From positions 1 to 64,000 of the forward strand of contig CAVQRZ010000012.1 in the NCBI GenBank assembly GCA_963715335.1: 64,000 nt of DNA, given 5' to 3'. The translations under genes were made by a program, and so were the position numbers. This document shows positions 1 to 9,556 of this stretch, one piece after another. The notes under the pieces were generated by a model. The model was not told the DNA's origin. It saw only the letters and a program-made list of their open reading frames with translations, and did not search any database. Origin of the DNA: an uncultured delta proteobacterium. Lineage in GTDB: Bacteria; Desulfobacterota; Desulfuromonadia; Desulfuromonadales; BM103. Position 1 is the stretch's first letter. Each line of letters begins with the position of its first letter.

Positions 1-914
1 GCGTTAAGGTTCTCCTGCCATGCCGTCGACCAGAGCTGGGTCTCCTTGGCGGCAATGTCAATGATCCATTTCAGGTCAGCCGGCAGCTTGTCGTAGGAGT
101 CCTTGTTAATGAACAGGGCGCTCTGGCAAGAAGGCTGGTGAACGCCAGGCTGGATGACGTACTTGGTGATGTCGTCGAAGCCCATCGGGTAGTTGATGGC
201 GGGCGTGCTGAATTCGGCGGCATCAATGACGCCACGCTCCAGGGCGAGATAGACTTCGCCGCCAGGCAGCGGCGAAACGCTGGCTCCCAGCTGGGTCATG
301 ATGTCCATATACCAGCCCGGGGTCCTGACGCGCATGCCTTTGAAGTCGGACATCTTGGATGCTTTCTTGTTCGAGAACAGGCCCAACTCCTGACCGACGT
401 TGCCGCCTGGCAGGGCGAACAGGTTGTAACGGCCATACAGCTCCTGCATCATTTCCAGACCGCCGCGCTCGTACAGCCAGATGTTATAACCTTCGGCATC
501 CAGGCCGAAAGGGACCGACGCGAAAGCGACAAACGCCTCGTTCTTGCCTTTCCAGTAGCCCGGCCAGTCGTGGCCGATGTCGGCCTGCCCTTTGCTGACC
601 GCATCGAAGCTTTCCATGGCGCCGACCAGTTCGCCGGCTGAGAACAGCTTGATCTCCAGACGGCCGCCCGAGGCCAGGGCAACGGAGTCGGCAAAGTGTT
701 GCGCCAGGTCATAGAACAGCAGGCCCTTGGACCATGGCATGACCATCTTCCACTTGAACGTTTCCGTTGACGGCTTAATGGTGCGCAGTTCCTTTTTGAC
801 CTCTTCGTGACGTTTGTCCGCGCCGAACTTTTCGCGTTTGGCGGCGAATGCGGTTGGAGCCAGGGCCAGGCTGAGAACGACCAGCAGGCCAACGATCTGT
901 TTCATTTTCCTCAT
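1..914 (-). CDS. dctP: TRAP transporter substrate-binding protein (DctP/TakP-like), 3' end beyond window edge
   Basis: Not in ORF track; my translation from ATG 914: MRKMKQIVGLLVVLSLALAPTAFA (signal peptide) ... FKWKMVMPW ... SGGRLEIKLFSAGELV ... FKGMRVRTPG ... PGGEVYLALERGVIDAAEF. RBS AGGAGG at 921-926; frame stays open to position 1. Confidence 0.9.
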   Translation of the reverse strand, partial: MRKMKQIVGLLVVLSLALAPTAFAAKREKFGADKRHEEVKKELRTIKPSTETFKWKMVMPWSKGLLFYDLAQHFADSVALASGGRLEIKLFSAGELVGAMESFDAVSKGQADIGHDWPGYWKGKNEAFVAFASVPFGLDAEGYNIWLYERGGLEMMQELYGRYNLFALPGGNVGQELGLFSNKKASKMSDFKGMRVRTPGWYMDIMTQLGASVSPLPGGEVYLALERGVIDAAEFSTPAINYPMGFDDITKYVIQPGVHQPSCQSALFINKDSYDKLPADLKWIIDIAAKETQLWSTAWQENLN

Positions 915-974
915 GGTGTGCCTCCTTCGTGTAGGTTGCAGGGTTGTGGGTGCCATAGGATCACTAACCAACAG

Positions 975-1040
975 CATGATAAGACCAATAAATGGTAAGA
1001 CCAGTTGTTGAACGGTAACGAATGATCCTTTTCAGGTCAA
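975..1040 (-). promoter_or_regulatory. sigma70-type promoter with FadR/GntR (PdhR/LldR-like) operator(s)
   Basis: TTGACC (1040-1035)-17 nt-TACCGT (1017-1012). TGGTAAGACCA at 993-1003 and degenerate TGATAAGACCA at 977-987 match the TGGT-N3-ACCA FadR-subfamily box. Confidence 0.6.
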
Positions 1041-1066
1041 GAAAAAAAATAAAACGATGTTATCTG

Positions 1067-2413
1067 TTACCTGAAATCGTCTTTATTAAGCTCTTTTATC
1101 TGCCTGCGCTGGCGCAAACTTTTCACTTTGCGGGCGGCGGTCGGTTGGCTCAGGCCAAAGTGCGTCGCAATCTTGCGGGTTGTCCCGTATTCTTTTAATG
1201 CCCGGATCAGCAGCGAATCTTCATATTCCTGAATCAGCTCGATCAGGGTTTTGCTCTCGGCGGTCTCAACAGCGGAGCGGCGGTCAATTGGCCCCAGCGA
1301 GTTGATCTCGCTAACGGTCGAAGTCACGATCATCCGTTCGACAACGTTTTCCAATTCCCGGATATTGCCTTTCCATGGCAGTGACATCATCTTCTCGATC
1401 AACCTCTCGGAGAAACGCCTGTAGCTGTTGTAGCGCCGGTTGTAATGATCGGTGAAATACCGGATGAGGAGCGGGATGTCCTCCCGGCGCTCGCGTAGCG
1501 GCGGGATCTGCACCGGCACGACATTGAGACGATAATAGAGGTCCTCCCGGAAACGGCCAAGGCTGACCTGTGCAGACAGATCACGGTTGGTTGCGGCGAT
1601 GATCCTGACATCAACAGACTGCTCCCCTCGACCGCCGATCTTGTGGAAAGCTTTGTCCTGGATCACGCCGAGCAGTTTCGACTGCAGGTGAAGGGGGATC
1701 TCGGTGATTTCATCCAGGAAGATCGTGCCCCCGTCAGCCTGCTCGAACAGGCCCGCCTTGCCTTTCCGGTCGGCGCCGGTAAAGGCCCCGGATTCGTAGC
1801 CGAACAGTTCTGCCTCGATTAAGGTTTCGGGGATAGCCGCGCAGTTGATTTGCAGAAGCGGCTTGTGTCTGCGTTCGCTGGCGCGGTGAATCACCTTTGC
1901 CAGCAGGCTTTTGCCGACTCCCGATTCCCCGGTCAGGAGTATGGTTGAATCGGTCCCAGCGACCCTGAGTGCAAGGTCAATGACATCGCTCATGTTCTGG
2001 CTGCAGGTGACGATATCCTCTTCGTTCAGCATCTGGGTGCGGGCCGTATCGGCATCAATTTTCTTGCTGTACTGGACAACCGTCAGGTCCCAGATCGTGT
2101 TGACAATGTAACGGATGCCACCCTGTTCGTCGAACACCGGGCGCCCCTTCACCAGCAATTTACGGCCGGTCCGGGTCGAATAGGTTGCGGTCACCGGCAT
2201 TTTCTTTTCGATGACCAAAAGGCTTGCCGAGCCGGAGAAGTAATTGTCCGGGCCGACCAGGTCATAAAGTGAGCGGCCAACCAGTTCATCGTTGGTAAAG
2301 CCGGACATCTCCTCGAAGGTTTTATTGACCCGTACGGTCACACCTCTGCCGTCAACGATATAGATGCCGTTGGCGACATTGTCGAATATGATTTCCAGCA
2401 GTTCTTGATCCAA
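1067..2413 (-). CDS. PAS-domain sigma54-dependent transcriptional activator (bEBP, C-terminal HTH)
   Basis: N-terminal PAS; Walker A GESGVGKS, GAFTGA loop, Walker B FLDEI, FREDLYYRLNV; TTG start. Confidence 0.93.
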   Translation of the reverse strand: MDQELLEIIFDNVANGIYIVDGRGVTVRVNKTFEEMSGFTNDELVGRSLYDLVGPDNYFSGSASLLVIEKKMPVTATYSTRTGRKLLVKGRPVFDEQGGIRYIVNTIWDLTVVQYSKKIDADTARTQMLNEEDIVTCSQNMSDVIDLALRVAGTDSTILLTGESGVGKSLLAKVIHRASERRHKPLLQINCAAIPETLIEAELFGYESGAFTGADRKGKAGLFEQADGGTIFLDEITEIPLHLQSKLLGVIQDKAFHKIGGRGEQSVDVRIIAATNRDLSAQVSLGRFREDLYYRLNVVPVQIPPLRERREDIPLLIRYFTDHYNRRYNSYRRFSERLIEKMMSLPWKGNIRELENVVERMIVTSTVSEINSLGPIDRRSAVETAESKTLIELIQEYEDSLLIRALKEYGTTRKIATHFGLSQPTAARKVKSLRQRRQIKELNKDDFR

Positions 2414-2422
2414 GACAGTCCT

Positions 2423-3187
2423 CTAACAGGCGGTCCAGCCGCAATCGATGGTGAAGTCGGTGCCGGTCATGCAGCGGGCAGAATCCGAACAGATGTAGAG
2501 TACGGCATCACCTATTTCGCTCGGCTCGATCATCTTCTTGACGGCGGCTTTCTTCAGCATGATCGTTTCGATGACGTCGTCTCTCGGGATGCCGTGGGTT
2601 TTCGCCTGGGCATCGATCTGGTTGTCAACCAGGGGGGTGCGGACGTATGCCGGGCAGATGGCGTTGACCGTGATCCCGTGCGGCCCTCCTTCCAGAGCGG
2701 CGGTCTTGGTCAAACCCATCATGCCGTGTTTGGCGCTGATGTAGGCCGCCTTGAATTCCGAGGCGCGCAGGCCGTGGACCGAACTGATATTGACAATGCG
2801 CCCCCAGCCCTTTGCCTTCATGTGCGGCCAGCAATATTTAGTCAGCAGGAACGGCGCTGTCAGCATCAGCGCTATGATGAAATTCCATTTTTCTTCCGGG
2901 AAATCTTCGATCGGACTGACGTGTTGGATGCCAGCATTGTTGACCAGGACGTCGACAGAACCGAACCTTCCCACGGCATCAGCAACCAGGGCTTTGCAAG
3001 CCGATGCGTCGGTCAGGTCGACTTTGACGAAATGTCCACCGATTCGGTTGGCCTGTTGGCCGCCGATCTCGGCATTGACATCGGCCATCACGACCTGATA
3101 GCCGGCATTGGCCAGGCTCTCAGCAACAGCCAGGCCGATACCGCTGGCGGCGCCGGTAACAAGTGCAACTCGCTTCTCCATGCTCAT
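2423..3187 (-). CDS. bdhA: 3-hydroxybutyrate dehydrogenase (SDR)
   Basis: TGAASGIG, NNAGIQHVSPIEDFP, SVHGLRAS, YISAKHG, typical of BDH; lies with CoA transferase and thiolase. Confidence 0.88.
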   Translation of the reverse strand: MSMEKRVALVTGAASGIGLAVAESLANAGYQVVMADVNAEIGGQQANRIGGHFVKVDLTDASACKALVADAVGRFGSVDVLVNNAGIQHVSPIEDFPEEKWNFIIALMLTAPFLLTKYCWPHMKAKGWGRIVNISSVHGLRASEFKAAYISAKHGMMGLTKTAALEGGPHGITVNAICPAYVRTPLVDNQIDAQAKTHGIPRDDVIETIMLKKAAVKKMIEPSEIGDAVLYICSDSARCMTGTDFTIDCGWTAC

Positions 3188-3202
3188 CTCCTTGATTCCG
3201 TT

Positions 3203-4570
3203 TCAGGCGCCTTTGAGCTTCGGCGCGATTTCAAAAACGCAGCCGGTCGCCGCGCGGATTTCATCGAGGGAAGAAAATGGTGACACCTCGAGGAGGGTCA
3301 TCCCTTGCTCGGCGCTAATGCTGAAAACCCCTTTGTCGGTGACCAGCAGGTCGACAACGTTCTGGCCGGTAATCGGCAGGTCGCACTGCTCGAGGACTTT
3401 CGGGCTGCCATCCTTGGCATTGTGCTCCATCATCACGACCACTTTTTTAACCCCTGACACCAGGTCCATGGCGCCACCGGGCCCTTTGACCATCTTGCCC
3501 GGGATCATCCAGTTGGCCAGATCGCCGAAACGGTTGACCTGCATGCCGCCGAGCACGGACAGGTCGACATGGCCACCGCGAATCATGGCAAACGATTCGG
3601 ACGAGTCGAAAAAGCTTGCGCCCGGAATCGTGGTGATGGTCTGCTTGCCGGCGTTGATCAGGTCGGCATCGACCTGGCCTTCAGTTGGGAATGGGCCGAT
3701 GCCGAGCAGGCCGTTCTCCGATTGCAGTGTGATATTGATCCCTTCGGGGATGAAGTTGGCTACCAGGGTCGGCATGCCGATACCGAGGTTAACATAGTCG
3801 CCGTCAGACAGCTCCTGAGCAACCCTTTTCGCCATCCATTCGCGGGTCTCGTTGAAGCCCTTGGCCGAGATGCCTGCCCCGGATACGGTGCGCTGCTCGA
3901 TCGGCTTCTCATAATCCATGCCGAGCACCAGGCGGTCGACGTAGATCCCCGGGACGTGGACGTGATGAGGGTCGATCTCGCCGATTTCGACGATCTCTTC
4001 GACTTCAGCCACGGTGATCCGACCCGCCTTGGCACAGGAGACATTGAAGTTGTTGGCTGTTTTGCGCAGAATCAGGTTGCCGGCCTTGTCGGCCTTCCAG
4101 GCTTTGACGATTGCAAGGTCGGTGGTGATGCTTTCCTCCAGGACATAGGGAATACCATGGTACTCCTTGACGTCTTTCCCTTCGGTCAGGACCGTGCCGA
4201 CGCCGGTCCTGGTAAAAAACGCCGGGATTCCGGCTCCGCCGGCGCGCATTTTCTCAGCCAGAGTCCCCTGCGGAGTCAGCTCGAGCTCCAGTTCGCCGCT
4301 CAAGTACTGCTGTTCAAAAAGGGCATTTTCGCCAACATAGGAAGAAATCATTTTTTTGACCTGGCGGGTTTGCAGCAAAAGTCCAAGGCCGAAATTGTCA
4401 ACCCCGGCGTTGTTGCTGACAACCGTCAATCCTTTCGTGCCGGCTTCGCGCAGGGCCAGGATCAGTTTCTCGGGGATACCGCAGAGGCCGAAACCTCCCG
4501 CAGCGATGGTCATGTTATCGTGGAGCAGGCCCTCAAGGGCTTTTGCTGCATCGGTGTAGATCGGTTTCAT
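3203..4570 (-). CDS. scoAB: Succinyl-CoA:3-oxoacid CoA-transferase, fused A+B subunits
   Basis: A-subunit motifs [21 protein letters not shown] and B-subunit motifs [14 protein letters not shown] (catalytic Glu), GGAMDLV in one 455-aa ORF. Confidence 0.9.
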   Translation of the reverse strand: MKPIYTDAAKALEGLLHDNMTIAAGGFGLCGIPEKLILALREAGTKGLTVVSNNAGVDNFGLGLLLQTRQVKKMISSYVGENALFEQQYLSGELELELTPQGTLAEKMRAGGAGIPAFFTRTGVGTVLTEGKDVKEYHGIPYVLEESITTDLAIVKAWKADKAGNLILRKTANNFNVSCAKAGRITVAEVEEIVEIGEIDPHHVHVPGIYVDRLVLGMDYEKPIEQRTVSGAGISAKGFNETREWMAKRVAQELSDGDYVNLGIGMPTLVANFIPEGINITLQSENGLLGIGPFPTEGQVDADLINAGKQTITTIPGASFFDSSESFAMIRGGHVDLSVLGGMQVNRFGDLANWMIPGKMVKGPGGAMDLVSGVKKVVVMMEHNAKDGSPKVLEQCDLPITGQNVVDLLVTDKGVFSISAEQGMTLLEVSPFSSLDEIRAATGCVFEIAPKLKGA

Positions 4571-4593
4571 GTTCTCTCCTTGGGTCCAATGTC

Positions 4594-5769
4594 TCAGACG
4601 GTTTCAAACAGGGCGGCTACGGCTTCACCGCCGCCGATACATAGAGTGGCAACTCCGTAGCGGACGTTGCGCTGTTTCAGTTCGCGGACCAAGGTTGCAG
4701 CCAGCCGGCCGCCGCTTGCGCCGATCGGGTGTCCGATCGACACGGCGCCGCCATTGACGTTGACCTTGTCTGGGTCGAGCTGGAGTTGCTTGATTGCGAC
4801 CAGCGGTACGGCAGCAAAGGCCTCGTTGATTTCAAACAGGTCGATGTCGTGTAATTGCAGCCCTGCCTTGTCAACGACTTTGCGAATGGCCTCAACCGGC
4901 GCCTCGGCAAAATTGTTCGGCGCGATACTGTGGGTTGCAGAGGCGACAATTCTGGCGACGGGGTTCAGACCGTGCTGTTTCACCGCCGCGTGCCCTGCTA
5001 CCAGCACCATGGCGGCTCCGTCGTTAATGCTCGACGCGTTGCCGGCCGTGATGGTTCCATCCTTTTTAAAGACCGGTCGCAGCGAAGCAAGCTTGTCAAT
5101 GTTGCCCTTGCCCGGTTCTTCATCGATCTCCACGACCACGTCTCCCTTGCGGCCTCTGACCGTGACCGGCACCAGTTCGTCGGCAAAGGTGCCATTGGCC
5201 AGCGCAGACAGGGAGAGTTGATAGGAGCGGGCGGCATACTCATCCTGGCCGCCCCTGCCGACCTGGTGTCGTTCTATCCACGCTTCGGTAATGTCACCCA
5301 TATGGTTGGCGGTGTCAGGGTCGAGCAGGCCGTCGACCAGCAGCATATCAAGCATCTGTCCGTGCCCCATACGCTGGCCGAAGCGAGCGGACGGGAGCAG
5401 GTAAGGCGCCAGGGACATGTTTTCCATGCCGCCGGCCATGACCATGTCGGAATGGCCCAAACGGATCGAGTCTGCTGCGAGCATGATCGATTTCAGGCCG
5501 CTGCCGCAGACCTTGTTGACCGTCATGGCATGGGCCTTGTCCGGAATGCCGGCCATGCGCATAGCCTGGCGGGCCGGGGCCTGTCCAACGCCACCCTGGA
5601 GGACCTGGCCGATAATGACTTCGTTGATCGTTTCGGCTGGCAGCCCGGTCTCTGCCAGAATAAACTGGATAACCTGCGCGGCGAGCTGGGGGGCTGGCAT
5701 GGTCGCGAGGACGCCGCCGAAGGAGCCGAAAGGGGTGCGGCGCGCAGAAACTACGAAAACGTCCGACAT
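4594..5769 (-). CDS. atoB: Acetyl-CoA C-acetyltransferase (thiolase)
   Basis: [24 protein letters not shown] motifs; RBS AGGAGG. Confidence 0.93.
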   Translation of the reverse strand: MSDVFVVSARRTPFGSFGGVLATMPAPQLAAQVIQFILAETGLPAETINEVIIGQVLQGGVGQAPARQAMRMAGIPDKAHAMTVNKVCGSGLKSIMLAADSIRLGHSDMVMAGGMENMSLAPYLLPSARFGQRMGHGQMLDMLLVDGLLDPDTANHMGDITEAWIERHQVGRGGQDEYAARSYQLSLSALANGTFADELVPVTVRGRKGDVVVEIDEEPGKGNIDKLASLRPVFKKDGTITAGNASSINDGAAMVLVAGHAAVKQHGLNPVARIVASATHSIAPNNFAEAPVEAIRKVVDKAGLQLHDIDLFEINEAFAAVPLVAIKQLQLDPDKVNVNGGAVSIGHPIGASGGRLAATLVRELKQRNVRYGVATLCIGGGEAVAALFETV

Positions 5770-5810
5770 AAGGACCTCCTGAAATTATTGATCGACAGTG
5801 AGTAGCAGGA

Positions 5811-5827
5811 CGCAAGTCCCGTACCAA
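5811..5827 (-). promoter_or_regulatory. sigma54 (-24/-12) promoter of the thiolase operon
   Basis: Minus strand reads TTGGTACGGGACTTGCG, matching TGGCAC-N5-TTGC with correct GG-N10-GC spacing; a bEBP is encoded in the same operon. Confidence 0.8.
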
Positions 5828-5891
5828 GGGCGGAAAACATGGTAGAATGGGAACCTTGGCGTCTGCGTGAACGTCCCGGCGCAGGAGGGGC

Positions 5892-5996
5892 GAATCATAA
5901 TTGAATCATCATTTGTTCAGTTGTCAAACCGCTCCTCCTGAAATACCGCAAACACCCGTTGATTCATACATGGTTCAAAAGATTCATATATGAATC
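5892..5996. promoter_or_regulatory. Candidate bEBP upstream activating sequences
   Basis: Perfect 16-bp palindrome GATTCATATATGAATC (5981-5996), plus degenerate copies GATTCATACATGGTTC (5961-5976) and GAATCATAATTGAATC (5892-5907), about 65-170 bp upstream of the sigma54 site. Confidence 0.65.
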
Positions 5997-6043
5997 AAAA
6001 CGCGCTGATTGAATCAATGATAAAATAGCGTTTGTTTTATTCC

Positions 6044-6089
6044 TTGACAGACTCGGGAGTAGAAGTCTACCATAATTGGTCATACCAAT
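6044..6089 (+). promoter_or_regulatory. sigma70 promoter and FadR/LldR-type operator of lactate utilisation genes
   Basis: TTGACA (6044-6049)-18 nt-TACCAT, followed by ATTGGT-CAT-ACCAAT (6075-6089). Confidence 0.65.
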
Positions 6090-6114
6090 AACTCATTTTA
6101 CCAAAAGGCCGAAC

Positions 6115-6660
6115 ATGGAGAATTTTATCAATGCAGCAAGAAATGTCGGCGCAGACGTTCAGTCGCTTGCAAACCTGGAAGAACTCGTCTCGTACGTCAA
6201 TGATCGCATCGACGGCAGCCTGATGCTGCCGCCCTGCCCAAGTCTCGTGCGCTCGGGAGTGTCCGCGAAGCTTAAAGCTGCCGGCCTGGACGTGCTTGAG
6301 CAGGATTTTCGTAGTCAGGGCGCTGCCGCGGCTGCCGGTTTGACCGGGGCGAACTTCGGCATCGCCGCGACGGGTACGATCGTCCTTGAAAGCACTGATG
6401 AAGCCGTGCGGCTTGCCACCACCCTGCCGGAAAAACATTTTGTGGTTCTCGACCCGCGTAAAATTCTGGCGACCGCCGACGAAGCCGTGCCATTGCTCAA
6501 CGATTTCCACAAGCAGTTGCCCCAGGCCTACCTGGCCTATATCACCGGACCCAGCCGGACCGCGGATATCGAGCGGGTCCTGACCATCGGCGTGCATGGC
6601 CCTGCTGAACTGCATATTCTTCTTCTGGAAGGGCTGTCGGAAGATTTGATGGAGAGATAA
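6115..6660 (+). CDS. lutC: Lactate utilisation protein C (LutC/YkgG, LUD domain)
   Basis: GIAATGTIVL, TTLPEKH, ITGPSRTADIERVLTIGVHGP; ATG 6115 preferred over the track's TTG start. Confidence 0.88.
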   Translation: MENFINAARNVGADVQSLANLEELVSYVNDRIDGSLMLPPCPSLVRSGVSAKLKAAGLDVLEQDFRSQGAAAAAGLTGANFGIAATGTIVLESTDEAVRLATTLPEKHFVVLDPRKILATADEAVPLLNDFHKQLPQAYLAYITGPSRTADIERVLTIGVHGPAELHILLLEGLSEDLMER

Positions 6661-6763
6661 GTTCAGAAGCGTGAAGCGCGAGGTGCGAAGCAGGAAACGA
6701 CGCCCCTCTTCCCTCGATCTTTTCACTTTTTACCAATCACTGATCACGGATAACGGACTTGAC

Positions 6764-8998
6764 ATGAATAAAGCAGACCGCAGCAGACATTACCAGGACC
6801 GGGTCCGCAAGGCCATTTCGAAACCGCGCCTGCAGGACACCTTGCACCGCTTTGCCGATGCCTACGTGATTGCTCGCGAGGCGGCCTTTGCCGGACAGGA
6901 TTTCGAGGCGTTGCGTACTGCGATTGGTGAGATGAAGGACGAGGTGCGCGACAACCTGCCGCGTTACCGCGATGAATTCATCGCCAACGCCGAAGCCGCC
7001 GGGGCAAAAGTCTATATTGCCCGGACCGCGGCGGATGCCAACAACTACATCTGTGCCCTGGCCAAAGAGCGCGGCGTTAAAACCGTGGTCAAAAGCAAGA
7101 GCATGGCGAGCGAGGAGACCCATCTCAACCAGGCCCTCAAGGCCGCCGGAGTCGAAGCTCTCGAGACCGATCTGGGCGAGTGGATCATCCAGCTGGCCGG
7201 CGAGAGACCGAGTCACATGGTGATGCCGGCGATTCATATGCTCAAGGAAGAGGTCGCCGAACTGTTCAGCAAGGTGACCGGCAAAGAAGAACCGGCCGAG
7301 ATTCTGCACCTGGTGCGGCTCGCTCGCGGTCAGCTGCGTCAGGCCTACCTGGACGCCGACATGGGGATATCCGGTGCCAACGTCGCGATCGCTGAGACCG
7401 GCGGGATTGCCCTGGTGACCAACGAGGGCAACGCCCGGCTGACCACGACCCTGCCGAAAATTCATGTCGCCCTGGTCGGCATGGAGAAGCTGGTGCCGAC
7501 GCTCGAAGATGCCAACCGGATCATCAACGTCCTGCCGAAGAACGCCACCGGGCAGCTGATCACCTCCTACATCACCTGGATCCGCGGCGCAGTCCCCTGT
7601 GGTGACGAGAGCAAGGAGTTGCATATCGTCCTGCTCGACAACGGCCGCTCCGCCCTGGCCGAGTCGCCGCACTGCCGCGACGCACTGCGTTGCATCAAGT
7701 GCGGGGCCTGTGCCAACGTCTGCCCGGTCTACCAGACCGTGGGCGGCCATGTCTTTGGCCACATCTACATCAGCGCGATCGGCGTTATCCTGACAGCATT
7801 CTTCCACGGCCTTGAAAATGCCTCCGAGCTGGTCCGCGCCTGCATCGGCTGCCGCTCCTGCGTCGCGGTCTGCCCGAGCAATATCGACCTTGAGAGCATC
7901 ATACTGCACCTGCGCGAAGTCATCGGCGAGGAAGAAGGCGTCGGTGCCGGCAAATCAATTGTCTTCAAGAATGTGATGCGCAACCGCAAGCTATTCCACG
8001 GCATGCTCCGCGCCGCCAGCGTGCTGCAGAAACCGGTGACCCGGGGTGAGCGCACCATCCGTCACCTGCCGTTGTTCTTCTCGGGGCTGACCGAATGGCG
8101 GACCTTGCCGGCGATTGCCGACAAGCCTCTGCGCGACCTGTGGAAAGATCTCCCGCAAAGGGTCGAGAAGCCGCGTTACCGGGTAGCCTTTTTCGCCGGC
8201 TGCCTGAACGACTTCGTCTATCCGGAGATGGGGATCGACCTGGTCAAGGTCCTCAATCATCTCGATGTCGAAGTGACCTTGCCGCTGGAGCAGAGCTGCT
8301 GTGGTGTGCCCGCCCTCTACTCGGGCGACAAGGACACCGCCGTCGCCATGGCCGAACAGAATATCGACGCCATGCTCCGGGACGACCCCGACTTTGTCGT
8401 CACTTCCTGTCCGACCTGTACCATGGCGCTGCAGCGCGACTTTATCGACCTGCTCAAAGACAACCCGGTCTGGGCCGAAAAGGCCCGGAACCTGGCTGAG
8501 ATTACCATCGATATCTCCTGTTTCATCGCCGACAAGCTCGACGGCGCGGAAGCCTTTGGCAAGGCCATCAAGGCCGAGAAGGTGACCTATCACGACTCCT
8601 GCCATCTGAAGCGCGGCGCCGGGGTCTGGGAGCAGCCCCGTCGATTGATTGCCGACTCCGGTCGAGAAGTCGTTGAAATGGCGCACAGCGATCGCTGCTG
8701 CGGCTTCGGCGGGTCCTACTCTTTTACCAGCCACGCCGACATAGCCAAGCAGATTCTGGGCGACAAGATCAAGGACATCGAAGCGAGCGGTGCGGCCTGC
8801 GTGGCGATGGACTGTCCGGGCTGCATGATGCAGATCCAGGGCGGGCTGCAGAAGCAGGAAAAGAACGTCAGGGTCAAGCACACCATCGAACTTGCTGGCA
8901 GAGAACCTCGACGATTAACAGCCCACCTGATAAGCAATTGCACAGGGGCACTTCCGGGACACTTCCCGCAAGTGCCCCGATTTATTTCGGACTTATAA
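6764..8998 (+). CDS. Fe-S L-lactate dehydrogenase large subunit (LutB fused to CCG/LutA-like domains); true stop probably 8918 after a +1 frameshift
   Basis: KSKSM..EE, ETDLGEWIIQL, PSHMVMPAIH, NEGN, two ferredoxin motifs (CIKCGACANVCP, CIGCRSCVAVCP), two CCG motifs (SCCGVP, RCCGFGG), HDSCH. Confidence 0.88.
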   Translation: MNKADRSRHYQDRVRKAISKPRLQDTLHRFADAYVIAREAAFAGQDFEALRTAIGEMKDEVRDNLPRYRDEFIANAEAAGAKVYIARTAADANNYICALAKERGVKTVVKSKSMASEETHLNQALKAAGVEALETDLGEWIIQLAGERPSHMVMPAIHMLKEEVAELFSKVTGKEEPAEILHLVRLARGQLRQAYLDADMGISGANVAIAETGGIALVTNEGNARLTTTLPKIHVALVGMEKLVPTLEDANRIINVLPKNATGQLITSYITWIRGAVPCGDESKELHIVLLDNGRSALAESPHCRDALRCIKCGACANVCPVYQTVGGHVFGHIYISAIGVILTAFFHGLENASELVRACIGCRSCVAVCPSNIDLESIILHLREVIGEEEGVGAGKSIVFKNVMRNRKLFHGMLRAASVLQKPVTRGERTIRHLPLFFSGLTEWRTLPAIADKPLRDLWKDLPQRVEKPRYRVAFFAGCLNDFVYPEMGIDLVKVLNHLDVEVTLPLEQSCCGVPALYSGDKDTAVAMAEQNIDAMLRDDPDFVVTSCPTCTMALQRDFIDLLKDNPVWAEKARNLAEITIDISCFIADKLDGAEAFGKAIKAEKVTYHDSCHLKRGAGVWEQPRRLIADSGREVVEMAHSDRCCGFGGSYSFTSHADIAKQILGDKIKDIEASGAACVAMDCPGCMMQIQGGLQKQEKNVRVKHTIELAGREPRRLTAHLISNCTGALPGHFPQVPRFISDL
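8945..8987 (+). terminator. Probable intrinsic terminator of the lactate dehydrogenase operon
   Basis: GGGGCACTT-CCGGGA-cact-TCCCGC-AAGTGCCCC stem followed by GATTTATTT. Confidence 0.55.
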
Positions 8999-9013
8999 CC
9001 GGAAAAATGGTTG

Positions 9014-9131
9014 GCCGCCAAGACTCCAAGACACGAAGACAAGACAACCGAACCTGGGCGGGAATCGATTCAAAATGCGCTTTATAGCTCATAGATAACT
9101 GATTTTCTTGGTGTCTTCGTGGCTTTGTGGC
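9014..9131. repeat. Palindromic intergenic element built of nested 8-9-mer repeats
   Basis: GCCGCCAAG-ACTCCAAG-ACACGAAG ... CTTGGTGT-CTTCGTGG-CTTTGTGGC; a related copy lies at 47627-47707. Confidence 0.7.
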
Positions 9132-9154
9132 GACGAGTCTTTGTTTGGGTTATA

Positions 9155-9276
9155 TGCTTATTATCATCCAACCCCACCACCTGTTATGAAAAACCCTCCA
9201 CCGGTTATCATCGAAAACCTGCCACCCAGAATCATCGAAATTCACCCACTGGTTCTTGACTGAAACCATCTACTTG
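9155..9276 (+). repeat. Left end of element: terminal IR plus tandem putative transposase-binding repeats
   Basis: Units AACCCCACCACCTGTTAT / AAAAACCCTCCACCGGTTAT / GAAAACCTGCCACCCAGAAT / GAAATTCACCCACTGGTT / GAAACCATCTACTTG. Confidence 0.85.
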
Positions 9277-9556
9277 CCGTCCACCAGTTTTAATTTAACG
9301 CATCCCTTTGATATCGCTTTGGCGAAAAACATATAGCAAGGAACCTCGCGGCGACGGTGTTATTTATCCTGGGGTGATATAGTAACTCAATGCAACAATA
9401 CTTATAGGAAAGTCACAATCCAGAGAAACCGGATGGGGTTTTATTTTGTTGGAAATGGTGATTAATGATAAGCACTCGGCACCTCGATGTATCAATAAAT
9501 TCATCAACGGCTTGAAACCAATGTCATGTCTAATCTAAAAGTCGCTAGCAATGAGT

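Noticed and set aside
6661..6750. Degenerate heptamer repeats (CGTGAAG/CGCGAGG/TGCGAAG; similar at 46124-46145) and the track's GTG start at 6671
   Set aside because: Too degenerate to define as an element; treated as intergenic, with the CDS starting at ATG 6764.
9160..9276. Tandem ~23-bp repeats as a mini-CRISPR array or iterons
   Set aside because: The units are degenerate and adjacent with no unique spacers, no cas or rep gene is nearby, and they are mirrored at 20888-21009, so they are transposon ends.
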